32,000 bases of DNA from Longivirga aurantiaca (GTDB lineage Bacteria; Actinomycetota; Actinomycetes; S36-B12; CAIYMF01), in NCBI RefSeq assembly GCF_042660085.1, contig NZ_JBHSTI010000008.1, positions 630,001 through 662,000 of the forward strand, read 5' to 3'. The notes under the pieces are model-generated. The model searched no databases. It was not told the origin of the DNA and was given only the letters and a program-made list of their open reading frames with translations. Below, one piece after another: positions 8,549 to 15,903 of the stretch. The stretch's first letter is position 1. Every line of letters starts with the position of its first letter. The translations under genes and the position numbers were made by a program.

Positions 8549-10024
8549 ATGTCCCAGGCCACCTTCGTCGATCCGGCGGTGGAGTTCGCGCGCCTGGTCG
8601 CGGGTGCGCGGGGTCTGCTGGGCGAGGCGTCGGTGCTGGCCGGTTCCGGCGCTGTGTCTGAGGTGCAGCTGGCGGGTCTGCCGGAGCTGACGGCGGAGCT
8701 GTTCGCGGTCCGCGACGCCGCCCACGCCCTGGGCGTGGTCGCGGTGGACCGCCTGGACGCCTCGGGGGTGCTGGCGTCGGCGGGGTTCGGGTCGACGACG
8801 GCGTTCCTGACCCAGCGCACCGGCATGGCCCCGGGCAGGGCCGGCAGCGTCGTCTCGGGTGCGCGGACGCTGCGCTCGTATGCCGCGACGCGGGTCGCGC
8901 TGGTCGCGGGCCGGGTCACCCCGGACCTGGCGGCTGCCCTGGTGCGCGGCAGCGAGGCGGCGATCGCGGACAGGACCGCCGACGACCGGGTGCAGTGGCG
9001 GGCGTTCTGCGAGGACTACCTCCTCCCGATCGCGGAGCAGGGGTCGGTGGAGGAGGTCGCGGGCGCTGCCGCGGTGCTCAAGGAGATCCTGGACCCGGAG
9101 GCCGCGGCCCGGCGCAAGGAGGAGTCGATGGCGGGCCAGTTCCTCACCGTGACCCGGGTCGGGGACCAGTTCGTGATCAAGGGCGCCCTGACCCTGGAGG
9201 ACGGCGCCGCGCTCAAGGTGCTGCTGGACCGGATGCGCGACGCGAAGTTCCGCACGGGATCCCTGACCCCGGACGAGCAGCCCACCGGCGACGCCGCGGT
9301 CGACGAGCGGCGGCGCCGGATCGCCGCGGCGCACCAGGACGCCCTGTCGTTGAACCACCTCGTGCAGCTGTGGCTGGCCGGCGGCATGGTCGGCCGCGCC
9401 CACGGGGTCCGCCCGCACGTCACCATCGCGACCACGGTCGACGACCTCGACGCCGGGTTCCCCGGCGAGATGACCGTCCCCGGGATGTCGTCCCCGGTGC
9501 TGGTCAACGCCGAGACGGTGAAGCGGATGCTGTGCGACGCGTCGGTGACCGAGATCGGCGTCATCGGGTCCGTCCCCGACCGGCACGCGCACCACCACGG
9601 CGGCGTCCCCTGCCACGGCGCTGCCCACCGGGGGCGACACGGCCACGTCCACGGCGTCGGCGGCTGCGAGCTGCACCCCGGCTCGGCGCGGTTGCTGCGC
9701 CGCCGCCATCACGTCTGGGACGAGGGCCGCCGCTACCGCACCGTCCCACCCCGCCTGCGTCGGGCGCTGGACCTCCGCGACCAGCACTGCGCGTTCCCGG
9801 GCTGCCGGATCGCGGTCGGGTGGTGCGAGGCCCACCACATCCTCGAGTGGGAGTACGGCGGCGCCACCGACCTCGACAACCTCACGTTGTTGTGCGCGAA
9901 GCATCACCACGCGGTGCACGAGGGCGGCTGGACCATCGTGAAGAACCCCGGCATCGACCCGGGATGCCCGACCTGGCTCGCCTTCGACCCACCCGACCCC
10001 GTCCCCGTCCGAACCCGGCCCTGA
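8549..10024 (+). CDS. DUF222 + HNH endonuclease domain protein (REP13E12-type)
   Basis: Start chosen at ATG 8549 (MSQATFVDPAVEFARL) rather than the ORF-track start at 8420. C-terminal HNH region RRALDLRDQHCAFPGCRIAVGWCEAHHILEWEYGGATDLDNLTLLCAKHHHAVHEGGW. The long helical N-terminal region is typical of actinobacterial DUF222 proteins. Confidence 0.85.
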   Translation: MSQATFVDPAVEFARLVAGARGLLGEASVLAGSGAVSEVQLAGLPELTAELFAVRDAAHALGVVAVDRLDASGVLASAGFGSTTAFLTQRTGMAPGRAGSVVSGARTLRSYAATRVALVAGRVTPDLAAALVRGSEAAIADRTADDRVQWRAFCEDYLLPIAEQGSVEEVAGAAAVLKEILDPEAAARRKEESMAGQFLTVTRVGDQFVIKGALTLEDGAALKVLLDRMRDAKFRTGSLTPDEQPTGDAAVDERRRRIAAAHQDALSLNHLVQLWLAGGMVGRAHGVRPHVTIATTVDDLDAGFPGEMTVPGMSSPVLVNAETVKRMLCDASVTEIGVIGSVPDRHAHHHGGVPCHGAAHRGRHGHVHGVGGCELHPGSARLLRRRHHVWDEGRRYRTVPPRLRRALDLRDQHCAFPGCRIAVGWCEAHHILEWEYGGATDLDNLTLLCAKHHHAVHEGGWTIVKNPGIDPGCPTWLAFDPPDPVPVRTRP

Positions 10025-10150
10025 AGAAGGGCAGGCCGCACTCGGGACCGATCAGCACCGCAGGCAGACCGCACCACCCGACAGGGCGCGGTCCCCGTGG
10101 CATGTCCGGACACAGATCACACCGCGAGAAGTAACCGGCAATCGGCATCG
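10025..10150 (+). repeat. Junction repeat R0 (long form) directly after the HNH stop codon
   Basis: The left part GAAGAAGGGCAGGCCGCACTCGGG resembles GAAGTGCCCGGTGGTGCACTCGGG at 13772. The right end GAGAAGTAACCGGCAATCGGCATCG (10126-10150) matches GAGAAGGAACCGGCACTAGACATCG at 12341. Confidence 0.4.
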
Positions 10151-10154
10151 CGCT

Positions 10155-10466
10155 GTGGGGCAGGATCAGACCGTGCCGACTCGCGCTGATCGACCCGACG
10201 TACCCACCCTGTGCCTTGTCTGCGGGTTCGACTACGACGGGTTCGATGACGTTCTTCCGTGGGGTCCGGATGGCGACAGCCCGACCTACAACTTCTGCCC
10301 GTGCTGCGGCGTGGAGTTCGGTTACGGAGACTTCGCGATCGAGGGTGCGAAGCAGTGGCGAGCCAAGTGGCTGGCAGGCGGCGTCGAATGGTTCGACCCC
10401 AACGAGCGCCCCGTCGATTGGGACGTGTCGGTCCAACTCTCCCGCCTGCCCGAGCGCGTGAGATAG
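10155..10466 (+). CDS. Small cysteine-rich (zinc-ribbon-like) protein
   Basis: 103 aa with a GTG start (alternative in-frame GTG at 10173). Two Cys pairs, CLVCG...CPCCG, and no recognisable family. A junction-repeat left-end-like string lies at its 5' end. Confidence 0.55.
   Translation: MGQDQTVPTRADRPDVPTLCLVCGFDYDGFDDVLPWGPDGDSPTYNFCPCCGVEFGYGDFAIEGAKQWRAKWLAGGVEWFDPNERPVDWDVSVQLSRLPERVR
10173..10199 (+). repeat. Short junction-repeat-like copy overlapping the 5' end of the Zn-ribbon ORF
   Basis: GTGCCGACTCGCGCTGATCGACCCGAC. Compare GTGCCGATCGCGCTCG at 10474 and GTGCCGTTCGCGCTCGTATTTGATCGG at 16481. Confidence 0.3.
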
Positions 10467-10473
10467 CGCAGAC

Positions 10474-10521
10474 GTGCCGATCGCGCTCGCTTCGTCCTGA
10501 GAAGCTCGGCATTGGGCATCG
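10474..10521 (+). repeat. Junction repeat R1
   Basis: GTGCCGATCGCGCTCGCTTCGTCCTGAGAAGCTCGGCATTGGGCATCG. The ends GTGCCGA and TCGGCAT are inverted repeats. It starts 8 nt after the stop at 10466. Confidence 0.55.
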
Positions 10522-10563
10522 TCGACTTGCCCGAGGACGAGCACCCGGTGCGACGCTGGAGGG

Positions 10564-11004
10564 GTGACAACAGCGTCCCGGTGGGGCCTGACGCCTCGCC
10601 AGAGCGTCGAGCGGGAGGCCGCTCGGCGTGGGAGCGATGCGGTGATCGAGGGCTGTCGGGCCTTGGTCCGGGGCGAGGACGGGGATGCGGCGCTGGTTCT
10701 CGTTCTCGGTGGCCCTCCCGCCCGCACGTTCCTCGACGGTCAGCCCCACGTGGATGACTACTGGCTCAGGGTGTGGGGTCTGCGCGGGTTGCTGTGGGTG
10801 TGGTCGCCCGTCGCGATCCCCGAGCTTCGGGTCGCTCTGACTGATCCGGCGTGGAGAGTCCGGGAGATGGCCTTGAAGGTCGCCGCACGCAACCGGGTGG
10901 AGGACGTGGTCGAGGTGGCCGCGCCGCTGCAGAGCGATCCCGTGGCGAGGGTGAGACAGCAGTCGCACCGATACCTGATGCAGGTTGTTGCAGACGGCAC
11001 CTGA
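10564..11004 (+). CDS. HEAT-repeat-like protein
   Basis: 146 aa. LTDPAWRVREMALKVAARNRVEDVVEVAAPLQSDPVARVRQQSHRYL has the PBS-lyase/HEAT repeat pattern. The GTG at 10564 sits too close to GGAGG, so the in-frame GTG at 10642 is an alternative start. Confidence 0.55.
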   Translation: MTTASRWGLTPRQSVEREAARRGSDAVIEGCRALVRGEDGDAALVLVLGGPPARTFLDGQPHVDDYWLRVWGLRGLLWVWSPVAIPELRVALTDPAWRVREMALKVAARNRVEDVVEVAAPLQSDPVARVRQQSHRYLMQVVADGT

Positions 11005-11014
11005 CCGCACCGAA

Positions 11015-11055
11015 GCGGCCGTTCTGACTCCAGTTCTCGGTTCGGTACCGGCAGG
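11015..11055 (+). repeat. Junction repeat R2
   Basis: GCGGCCGTTCTGACTCCAGTTCTCGGTTCGGTACCGGCAGG. It shares GAAG + CCGTTCTGACTC with R3, R4 and R7. The right end is GTACCGGCA. It lies between the stop at 11004 and the ATG at 11065. Confidence 0.55.
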
Positions 11056-11064
11056 CTGTCCCGC

Positions 11065-11526
11065 ATGTTGATCGAGATCCGCGAAGCCACAGCCGAAGAT
11101 CTCCCTGCCCTCGCGCGGCTTCGCTGGGAGTGCCACACGGAGCGCCAACCGGCTGACGAGCATGACTTCGACGCCTACCGTCTCGGCTTTGCTCAATGGT
11201 GCTCGGCGCGGCAGGGCAGATGCCGCGCAGTCGTGGCCGTAGACGGTTCCCACGTCGTGGGCATGGGATTCCTTGTCCTGGTCGACCGCGTCCCCAGCCC
11301 CGGCTCGCTGGATCGCCATCATGGCGACATTCAGTCGATGTACGTAACACCCGCACACAGGAACCACGGGGTTGGATCGAAGATCGTTCGACGACTACTC
11401 GACCTGGCACGCGACGCAGGATGCGAGCGGATCGAGGTCTACTCAGGAAGCCGCGCGGTCACCTTCTACGAACGATCAGGGTTTGAGCACGTCGACCGAC
11501 TCCTGAATCGGGTCCTCGGGCAGTGA
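11065..11526 (+). CDS. GNAT family N-acetyltransferase
   Basis: 153 aa with an ATG start. Acetyl-CoA binding motif A region MYVTPAHRNHGVGSKIVRRLLDLARDAG, and C-terminal FYERSGF. Confidence 0.8.
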   Translation: MLIEIREATAEDLPALARLRWECHTERQPADEHDFDAYRLGFAQWCSARQGRCRAVVAVDGSHVVGMGFLVLVDRVPSPGSLDRHHGDIQSMYVTPAHRNHGVGSKIVRRLLDLARDAGCERIEVYSGSRAVTFYERSGFEHVDRLLNRVLGQ

Positions 11527-11543
11527 TGACGCTCCCGACCTCT

Positions 11544-11586
11544 GTGCCGTTCTGACTCGGATCTCGGAGCAAGGATCCGACACTAG
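11544..11586 (+). repeat. Junction repeat R3
   Basis: GTGCCGTTCTGACTCGGATCTCGGAGCAAGGATCCGACACTAG. The first 16 nt are identical to R7. There is an internal 6-bp stem CGGATC/GATCCG. Confidence 0.6.
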
Positions 11587-11702
11587 GTGGCGGTGGCGAG
11601 GCCAGGCTGTCGCGCCGCCGGACCACTCCGTTGGCCAGGCCACCGGGCGAGGTTGCGTCTAGCGTGGAGTTGCACGGGAACCTCCACCGAGGGGAGGCCG
11701 CC

Positions 11703-12212
11703 ATGACTGAGATTCCGGAGCCGTCCAGCACGAGGCGGTGGGGCCGTGGGGGCCTGGTCATCGCAGTGCTCGGTGCTCTGGCCCTCGTCGGATCCGCGCT
11801 CCTGGGCTTCCTCCTCATGCAGGGTCCACGTGATCTGTCGCCGGTGGCGTACGGGGAGCGGCTGACCGTCACCACGGAGCGGAGCTCCTCGGTCGCGGTG
11901 TACACGCCCACGGGCCTGGAGGCACCGCCCGCGTGTCAGGTGGCCACGTCAGCCGGTGCGGACGTCGAACTCGGCCCGGTCGAGCGCTACTCCCAGGCGA
12001 GCGGTCTGGAGACCACCTACTCGTTCGCCACCGCTGGGGGAGTTCCCTACCAAGTGTCCTGCGGGACGGTCGGTGAGACCGGCGAGTTCGCCGCCGCAGA
12101 GACCCGTCGCGTGTCAGTGCCACTGATCGTCGCCGTGGGCTCGATGGGGCTGGTGCTCCTCCTCGGAGGTCTCGTCCTCGCGCGTCTCAGCGGCCGCTCG
12201 ATAGTCGGCTAG
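11703..12212 (+). CDS. Two-TM membrane-anchored protein of unknown function
   Basis: ATG at 11703 follows a GAGGGGAGG RBS (the ORF track starts earlier, at 11631). Hydrophobic helices GLVIAVLGALALVGSALLGFLLM and PLIVAVGSMGLVLLLGGLVLA flank a ~100 aa domain containing 2 Cys. Confidence 0.6.
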   Translation: MTEIPEPSSTRRWGRGGLVIAVLGALALVGSALLGFLLMQGPRDLSPVAYGERLTVTTERSSSVAVYTPTGLEAPPACQVATSAGADVELGPVERYSQASGLETTYSFATAGGVPYQVSCGTVGETGEFAAAETRRVSVPLIVAVGSMGLVLLLGGLVLARLSGRSIVG

Positions 12213-12220
12213 GGCTTCCA

Positions 12221-12259
12221 GCCGAAGATCCCTCGAGCGACCGGATGGCGAACCGAGCC
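12221..12259 (+). repeat. Degenerate junction-repeat copy (R3b) abutting R4
   Basis: GCCGAAGATCCCTCGAGCGACCGGATGGCGAACCGAGCC. The right part resembles CTCGAAGAGCGAACCGGAGCC of R7. Confidence 0.25.
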
Positions 12260-12262
12260 GAA

Positions 12263-12358
12263 GTGCCGTTCTGACAGTGCGGGCTCGATTCCCGTCACCC
12301 GCTCCGCTGTGATTCGTTGTGACACAACGGCAGACAGGCGGAGAAGGAACCGGCACTA
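12263..12358 (+). repeat. Junction repeat R4 (long form)
   Basis: The left end GTGCCGTTCTGAC and the right end GGAACCGGCACTA can pair as 9 bp with one bulged G. It contains the 53-bp core shared with R5 and the palindrome GTTGTGACACAAC (12316-12328). Confidence 0.65.
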
Positions 12359-12462
12359 GACATCGCGTCCCACCGGGGGCGGGGCCCCGTTCCAACCCCG
12401 GCGCGACACGCGCTCTTCCGAGCGGCGGTGGCGTGCGCCGCCGTCCGCGCACCGGCGACGGG

Positions 12463-12999
12463 TCAGCAGAGGTCGACGAGGGCGAGCAGCGTGCGCCAGT
12501 TGCGCGCGGTGCCCGTGGTGGCCAGTCGCTTGAGGATGGCGCCGTGCTGCAGCCGGCTGTCGTGCATCGTCTCGCCGTACGCGATGACGATCTCGAGCTC
12601 GCGCGCGGCGACGAGGTCGGCGCCCCAGTCGGTGCTCAGCAGCGTGGCGAGCGCCGTCGCGTCGGGGGCGGTGTCGAGGTGCAGCACGTGCACCGACGCC
12701 GGCCGCTCGGCCGCCTGCTCGGCGAAGGGCGACCACTCCGCCACCGCGCGCAGCTGCCTCGGCGTGCGCACCAGCACCGGGGTGTCGATGCCGAACGACG
12801 CGCGCAGCACGTCGCCGACGCCGCTCGCCACCTTCCCCGGCGTCCGGACGGGCGAGGAGAGGATGACGTTGCCGCTCTGCATGTACGTGCGGACGTCGGC
12901 GTAGCCCGCCTCGGCCAGCGCGGTCCGCAGCGCCGGCATGCTCACCTTGTTATGGCTGCCGAGGTTGACCGCACGCAGCAGGGCCACCCAGGTCGGCAT
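12463..12999 (-). CDS. DUF1697 family protein
   Basis: 178 aa. The N-terminus MPTWVALLRAVNLGSHNKVSMPALRTALAEAGYADVRTYMQSGNV matches the characteristic DUF1697 start as I recall it. Confidence 0.75.
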   Translation of the reverse strand: MPTWVALLRAVNLGSHNKVSMPALRTALAEAGYADVRTYMQSGNVILSSPVRTPGKVASGVGDVLRASFGIDTPVLVRTPRQLRAVAEWSPFAEQAAERPASVHVLHLDTAPDATALATLLSTDWGADLVAARELEIVIAYGETMHDSRLQHGAILKRLATTGTARNWRTLLALVDLC

Positions 13000-13036
13000 G
13001 CCCTGACCCTAGCCTCGGAGGCGACCACCGGCGCTC

Positions 13037-13103
13037 GTGCCTCCCACGATGCTGTGATTCGTTGTGACACAACGGCAGACAGGCGAAGAGAGAACCGGCA
13101 CTA
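13037..13103 (+). repeat. Junction repeat R5
   Basis: GTGCCTCCCACGAT followed by the 53-bp core (13051-13103), which matches 12306-12358 at 50 of 53 positions. It includes GTTGTGACACAAC (13061-13073) and the right end GAACCGGCACTA. Confidence 0.65.
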
Positions 13104-13115
13104 TCGCTCGTGTGG

Positions 13116-13691
13116 TCAGGTGCTGGAACGGCCCACACCGATGCACCAGATCAGCAGCAGCATCGACCCGATGTACGCCAGGACCTGAGGCGCGACGAGG
13201 CCGGCGCCCGCCGAACCCCAGTCGTCGATGCCGGAGAGGATGCCCGGCAGCACCGCGAGGCCCACCACGAGCAGTACGCCGGCGATGACGCCAAGCCAGC
13301 GCAGCCACACCGGCCAGCTCGTGCTGCCGAGAATCGTCAGCGCGAGAATGAGGAACCACACGCCGAGGACGCCCCACCCCAGGGCGGACCACAGTCCGGC
13401 GAGATACCAGTCGGTGCGTCCGGTCAGGACGAGGACCGAGCCGATGACGATCAGAATCGCGCCCAGGACAGCGGCGGTAAGTGCGAGCCAGCGCGGCACG
13501 ATGCCGTCGGGCAGCAGGTCGCGCGCCGCGAAGGCCAGCAGCATCGCCAGGACGCCGGTGGCCGCTCCGAGCACGTCGTTGACCGGTCCGAGGAAGCCGA
13601 GACCCACGGACATCAAGACGAGGGCGGCGAGAGCGACTATGCCAACGAGGGCGGTCCACAGCGCCAGCGACCTCACCGAGTCCGTGACCAT
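13116..13691 (-). CDS. Polytopic membrane protein of unknown function
   Basis: Start chosen at the ATG at 13689-13691 (MVTDSVRSLALWTALVGIVALAALVLM). About 6 hydrophobic segments. The upstream part of ORF 13116..13934 is Arg/Ser-rich and not protein-like. Confidence 0.6.
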   Translation of the reverse strand: MVTDSVRSLALWTALVGIVALAALVLMSVGLGFLGPVNDVLGAATGVLAMLLAFAARDLLPDGIVPRWLALTAAVLGAILIVIGSVLVLTGRTDWYLAGLWSALGWGVLGVWFLILALTILGSTSWPVWLRWLGVIAGVLLVVGLAVLPGILSGIDDWGSAGAGLVAPQVLAYIGSMLLLIWCIGVGRSST

Positions 13692-13768
13692 GCGCACCTC
13701 GTACCAAACGATGCTCGCTCTCCGCGATGATCCCGCGCACAACATGGCAGGGCAATGGTCGGCGGAGC

Positions 13769-13871
13769 GCAGAAGTGCCCGGTGGTGCACTCGGGTCTGG
13801 GCGTTGGGGCTGGTTCGGTCGTAGCGTCCTGATGTCGCCGGGCTGACTCGCGAAGTGCCTGCCGTTGCTGG
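13769..13871 (+). repeat. Junction-repeat left-end copies (R6) with no matching right end before the IS110 fragment
   Basis: GCAGAAGTGCCCGGTGGTGCACTCGGG (13769-13797) shares GCAGAAGTGCC with 15853-15863. A second left-end copy is CGAAGTGCCTGCCGTTGCTGG (13851-13871). Confidence 0.35.
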
Positions 13872-13912
13872 CCTGCTAACGAACTGTCGCTCGGCGGCGT
13901 CGACCGCGGCAT

Positions 13913-14939
13913 GACTCAACAGAGGCTTGGCCACCCCGCACCGGGACTGTCTGCCGCGTTCCTTTCCCTCGAGTGGTTGTAGCGGGCAGATGCAGGTGAT
14001 CGGAGTCGATCCTCACAAGGGATCCCACACGGCAGTGGCGATCGGTGGCGACGAGAGCGTGATCGCCTCAGTGCGTATCGCGGCGAGCCGGCGCCAGGTC
14101 GAACGACTGCTGGTGTTCGCGGCCGCGTGGCCGGAACGGGTCTGGGCGGTCGAGGGCGCGCAGGGCGTGGGCCGGATGCTCGCCCAGCAACTGGTGGCTC
14201 GGGGCGAGCGAGTGGTGGATGTGCCGCCCTCGCTCTCGACCCGGGTCAGGGTGCTGTCGGGCCGGTCTGGTCGCAAGACCGACGCGCACGACGCCCGCGC
14301 TGTCGCGGTCGCTGCCCTACGCCAACCCAACCACACGATCGTGGCTGCTGAGGACTTCAGCAGGAGCCTGCGGTTGTTGTCCGACCGCCGCGCGCAGCTG
14401 ACCGCCGCCCGCACCCAGGCCGTCACGCGACTGCACGGACTGCTCGCCGAACTCGTGGAAGGCGGTGCACCCCAGTCGCTCTCAGCCGAGCAGGCAGCGG
14501 CGATCCTGCGCCGGATCCGACCCGTGAGCGAGGTCGACGTGATCCGCAAGGAGCTCGCACGCGACCTGCTCGGAGACCTGCGGCGCCTGGACGCCAAGCT
14601 CGCCGCTAACGCGACCAGGATCGCCGAGGCCGTTCATGACAGTGGCACTACCCTGACCGAGATCCAGGGCATCGGGCCGATCACCGCAGCCCGGATCATC
14701 GGTCACAGCGGCAACCCGGCCCGCTTCCCGACCCGCGGGCACTACGCCTCCTACGCCGGCACCGCACCCATCGAGGCATCCTCAGGAACGGTCGAACGCC
14801 ACCGCCTGTCCCGGCGCGGGAACCGGCAGCTGAACTCGGCACTGCACGGCGTCGCGATCACCCAGATGCGCCACCCCGGCCCGGGTAAGGACTACTACGA
14901 ACGCAAGATCGTCGCGTCGCTTGACACACAGAGGCTTCG
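13913..14939 (+). mobile_element. IS110-family insertion sequence remnant (boundaries uncertain)
   Basis: Bracketed by the imperfect 17-18 bp direct repeat GACTCAACAGAGGCTTGG (13913-13930) and GACACACAGAGGCTTCG (14923-14939). It contains the truncated transposase ORF. Confidence 0.45.
13990..14913 (+). pseudogene. IS110-family DEDD transposase, 3'-truncated (~308 codons, no stop codon of its own)
   Basis: MQVIGVDPHKGSHTAVAIG, VWAVEGAQG, KTDAHDARAVA and LTEIQGIGPITAARIIG...IEASSG...RRGNRQLNSALH are IS110 N- and C-terminal domain signatures. Similarity stops after DYYERKI, about 40-60 codons short. The frame then runs on into the next gene. Confidence 0.75.
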
Positions 14940-15066
14940 TTTGCGCACGTTGCGGCCTGGCGGCTGCCGGCGAGCCTTGCCGCCTAGAGCCGGGTGCACG
15001 AATGCTCTGCCGACCCGCTCCAGACTGCGGGCGACACTGCGCTGGCGCCGCCGTATCGTGGCCGCG

Positions 15067-15732
15067 GTGTGCTTCTCGCCCCAGGCGGATCTGGTCGGCG
15101 GCGCTGTTCTCGTCGTGCTCGGCGTCGATGCGCTGCGCCACGTGCACGAGCGGCGTGACCACGTCGCGCTCGCGGCGCTGCCGCTACTCCTCGCCGCGCA
15201 CCAGGTGATAGAGGCATTCGCGTGGTGGGGCCTGCAGGGAGTGGTGACCCCTGAGGTCGGGACGGCAGCTGTGTGGGCCTACCTGTTCATCGCGTTCGTC
15301 GTGCTACCCGTCTACGTGCCCGTCTCGATCCTCACGATGGAGCCGCCAGGCTGGCGACGCCAGGTCATCTGGGCATTCGTCGCCATGGGCGCCGTCGTCG
15401 CGGCCGGCCTGCTCGCCGGCATGCTGCGCGGTCCGGTGACGGCCGCAGTCGAGGGCTGGCACCTCGCTTACGGCACGGGCACGACCGCCGGGGGTGCGCT
15501 CGCAGTCGTCTACGTCGTCGTCACTTGCGGATCGGTGCTGTTCTCGGGGCGGCCCTACCTCATGGCGTTCGGGCTGCTGAACCTGCTGGCCGTCGCGTTC
15601 CTTGCCTGGTTTGAACTCTCCGGCTTCGCGTCGCTGTGGTGCGCGTGGGCGGCGCTCACCGCGGGCGGCATCGCCGTATACATGCGGATCGATCATCGCC
15701 CCCGCGTCCGGACGTCATACGCCGTGCCGTAG
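15067..15732 (+). CDS. Polytopic membrane protein (DUF6629-like)
   Basis: GTG at 15067 gives MCFSPQADLVGGAVLVVLGVDALRHV, followed by about 6 hydrophobic helices. It is in frame with the upstream IS110 remnant, so the ORF track merges them as 13927..15732. Confidence 0.6.
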   Translation: MCFSPQADLVGGAVLVVLGVDALRHVHERRDHVALAALPLLLAAHQVIEAFAWWGLQGVVTPEVGTAAVWAYLFIAFVVLPVYVPVSILTMEPPGWRRQVIWAFVAMGAVVAAGLLAGMLRGPVTAAVEGWHLAYGTGTTAGGALAVVYVVVTCGSVLFSGRPYLMAFGLLNLLAVAFLAWFELSGFASLWCAWAALTAGGIAVYMRIDHRPRVRTSYAVP

Positions 15733-15836
15733 CCGCCCGCGCCGGTCCGCGACGTTACCGACTGGCGACCCCGCACGCCGCGCGCTCTGGTCCAGTCCGT
15801 TGGCGACCGGCTGCGCAGCGGAGGTGATTGAGGGGG

Positions 15837-15855
15837 GCGTGCCTCGGGGGCACGC
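15837..15855 (+). repeat. Perfect 7-bp hairpin GCGTGCC-TCGGG-GGCACGC immediately before R7
   Basis: A minimal GTGCC...GGCAC inverted repeat about 105 nt after the stop at 15732. It may be a terminator. Confidence 0.4.
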
Positions 15856-15859
15856 AGAA

Positions 15860-15903
15860 GTGCCGTTCTGACTCGCTTCTCGAAGAGCGAACCGGAGCCA
15901 TCG
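15860..15903 (+). repeat. Junction repeat R7
   Basis: GTGCCGTTCTGACTCGCTTCTCGAAGAGCGAACCGGAGCCATCG. The preceding GAAG gives the exact 16-mer GAAGTGCCGTTCTGAC, also present at 12260. Inner stem TCGCT/AGCGA; outer stem CCG-TTC/GAA-C-CGG with a bulge. Confidence 0.6.

Noticed and set aside
12378-12447. Small GC palindromes downstream of DUF1697 (CGGGGCCCCG; CGGCGG...CCGCCG) as terminators
   Set aside because: The stems are short, there is no U-tract, and such palindromes are easily produced by chance in this GC-rich context. The evidence is not strong enough to annotate them.
12319-13288. ORFs 12319..13188 and 13064..13288, which both start MTQRQTG
   Set aside because: Their identical N-termini are a by-product of the 53-bp direct repeat. 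Both are antisense to better-supported genes and are Arg/Gly/Pro-rich.
13927-15732. A single 601-aa protein
   Set aside because: It is a chance in-frame fusion of a 3'-truncated IS110 transposase with a separate membrane-protein gene that has its own GTG start at 15067. The linker 14914-15066 is Arg-rich and not protein-like.
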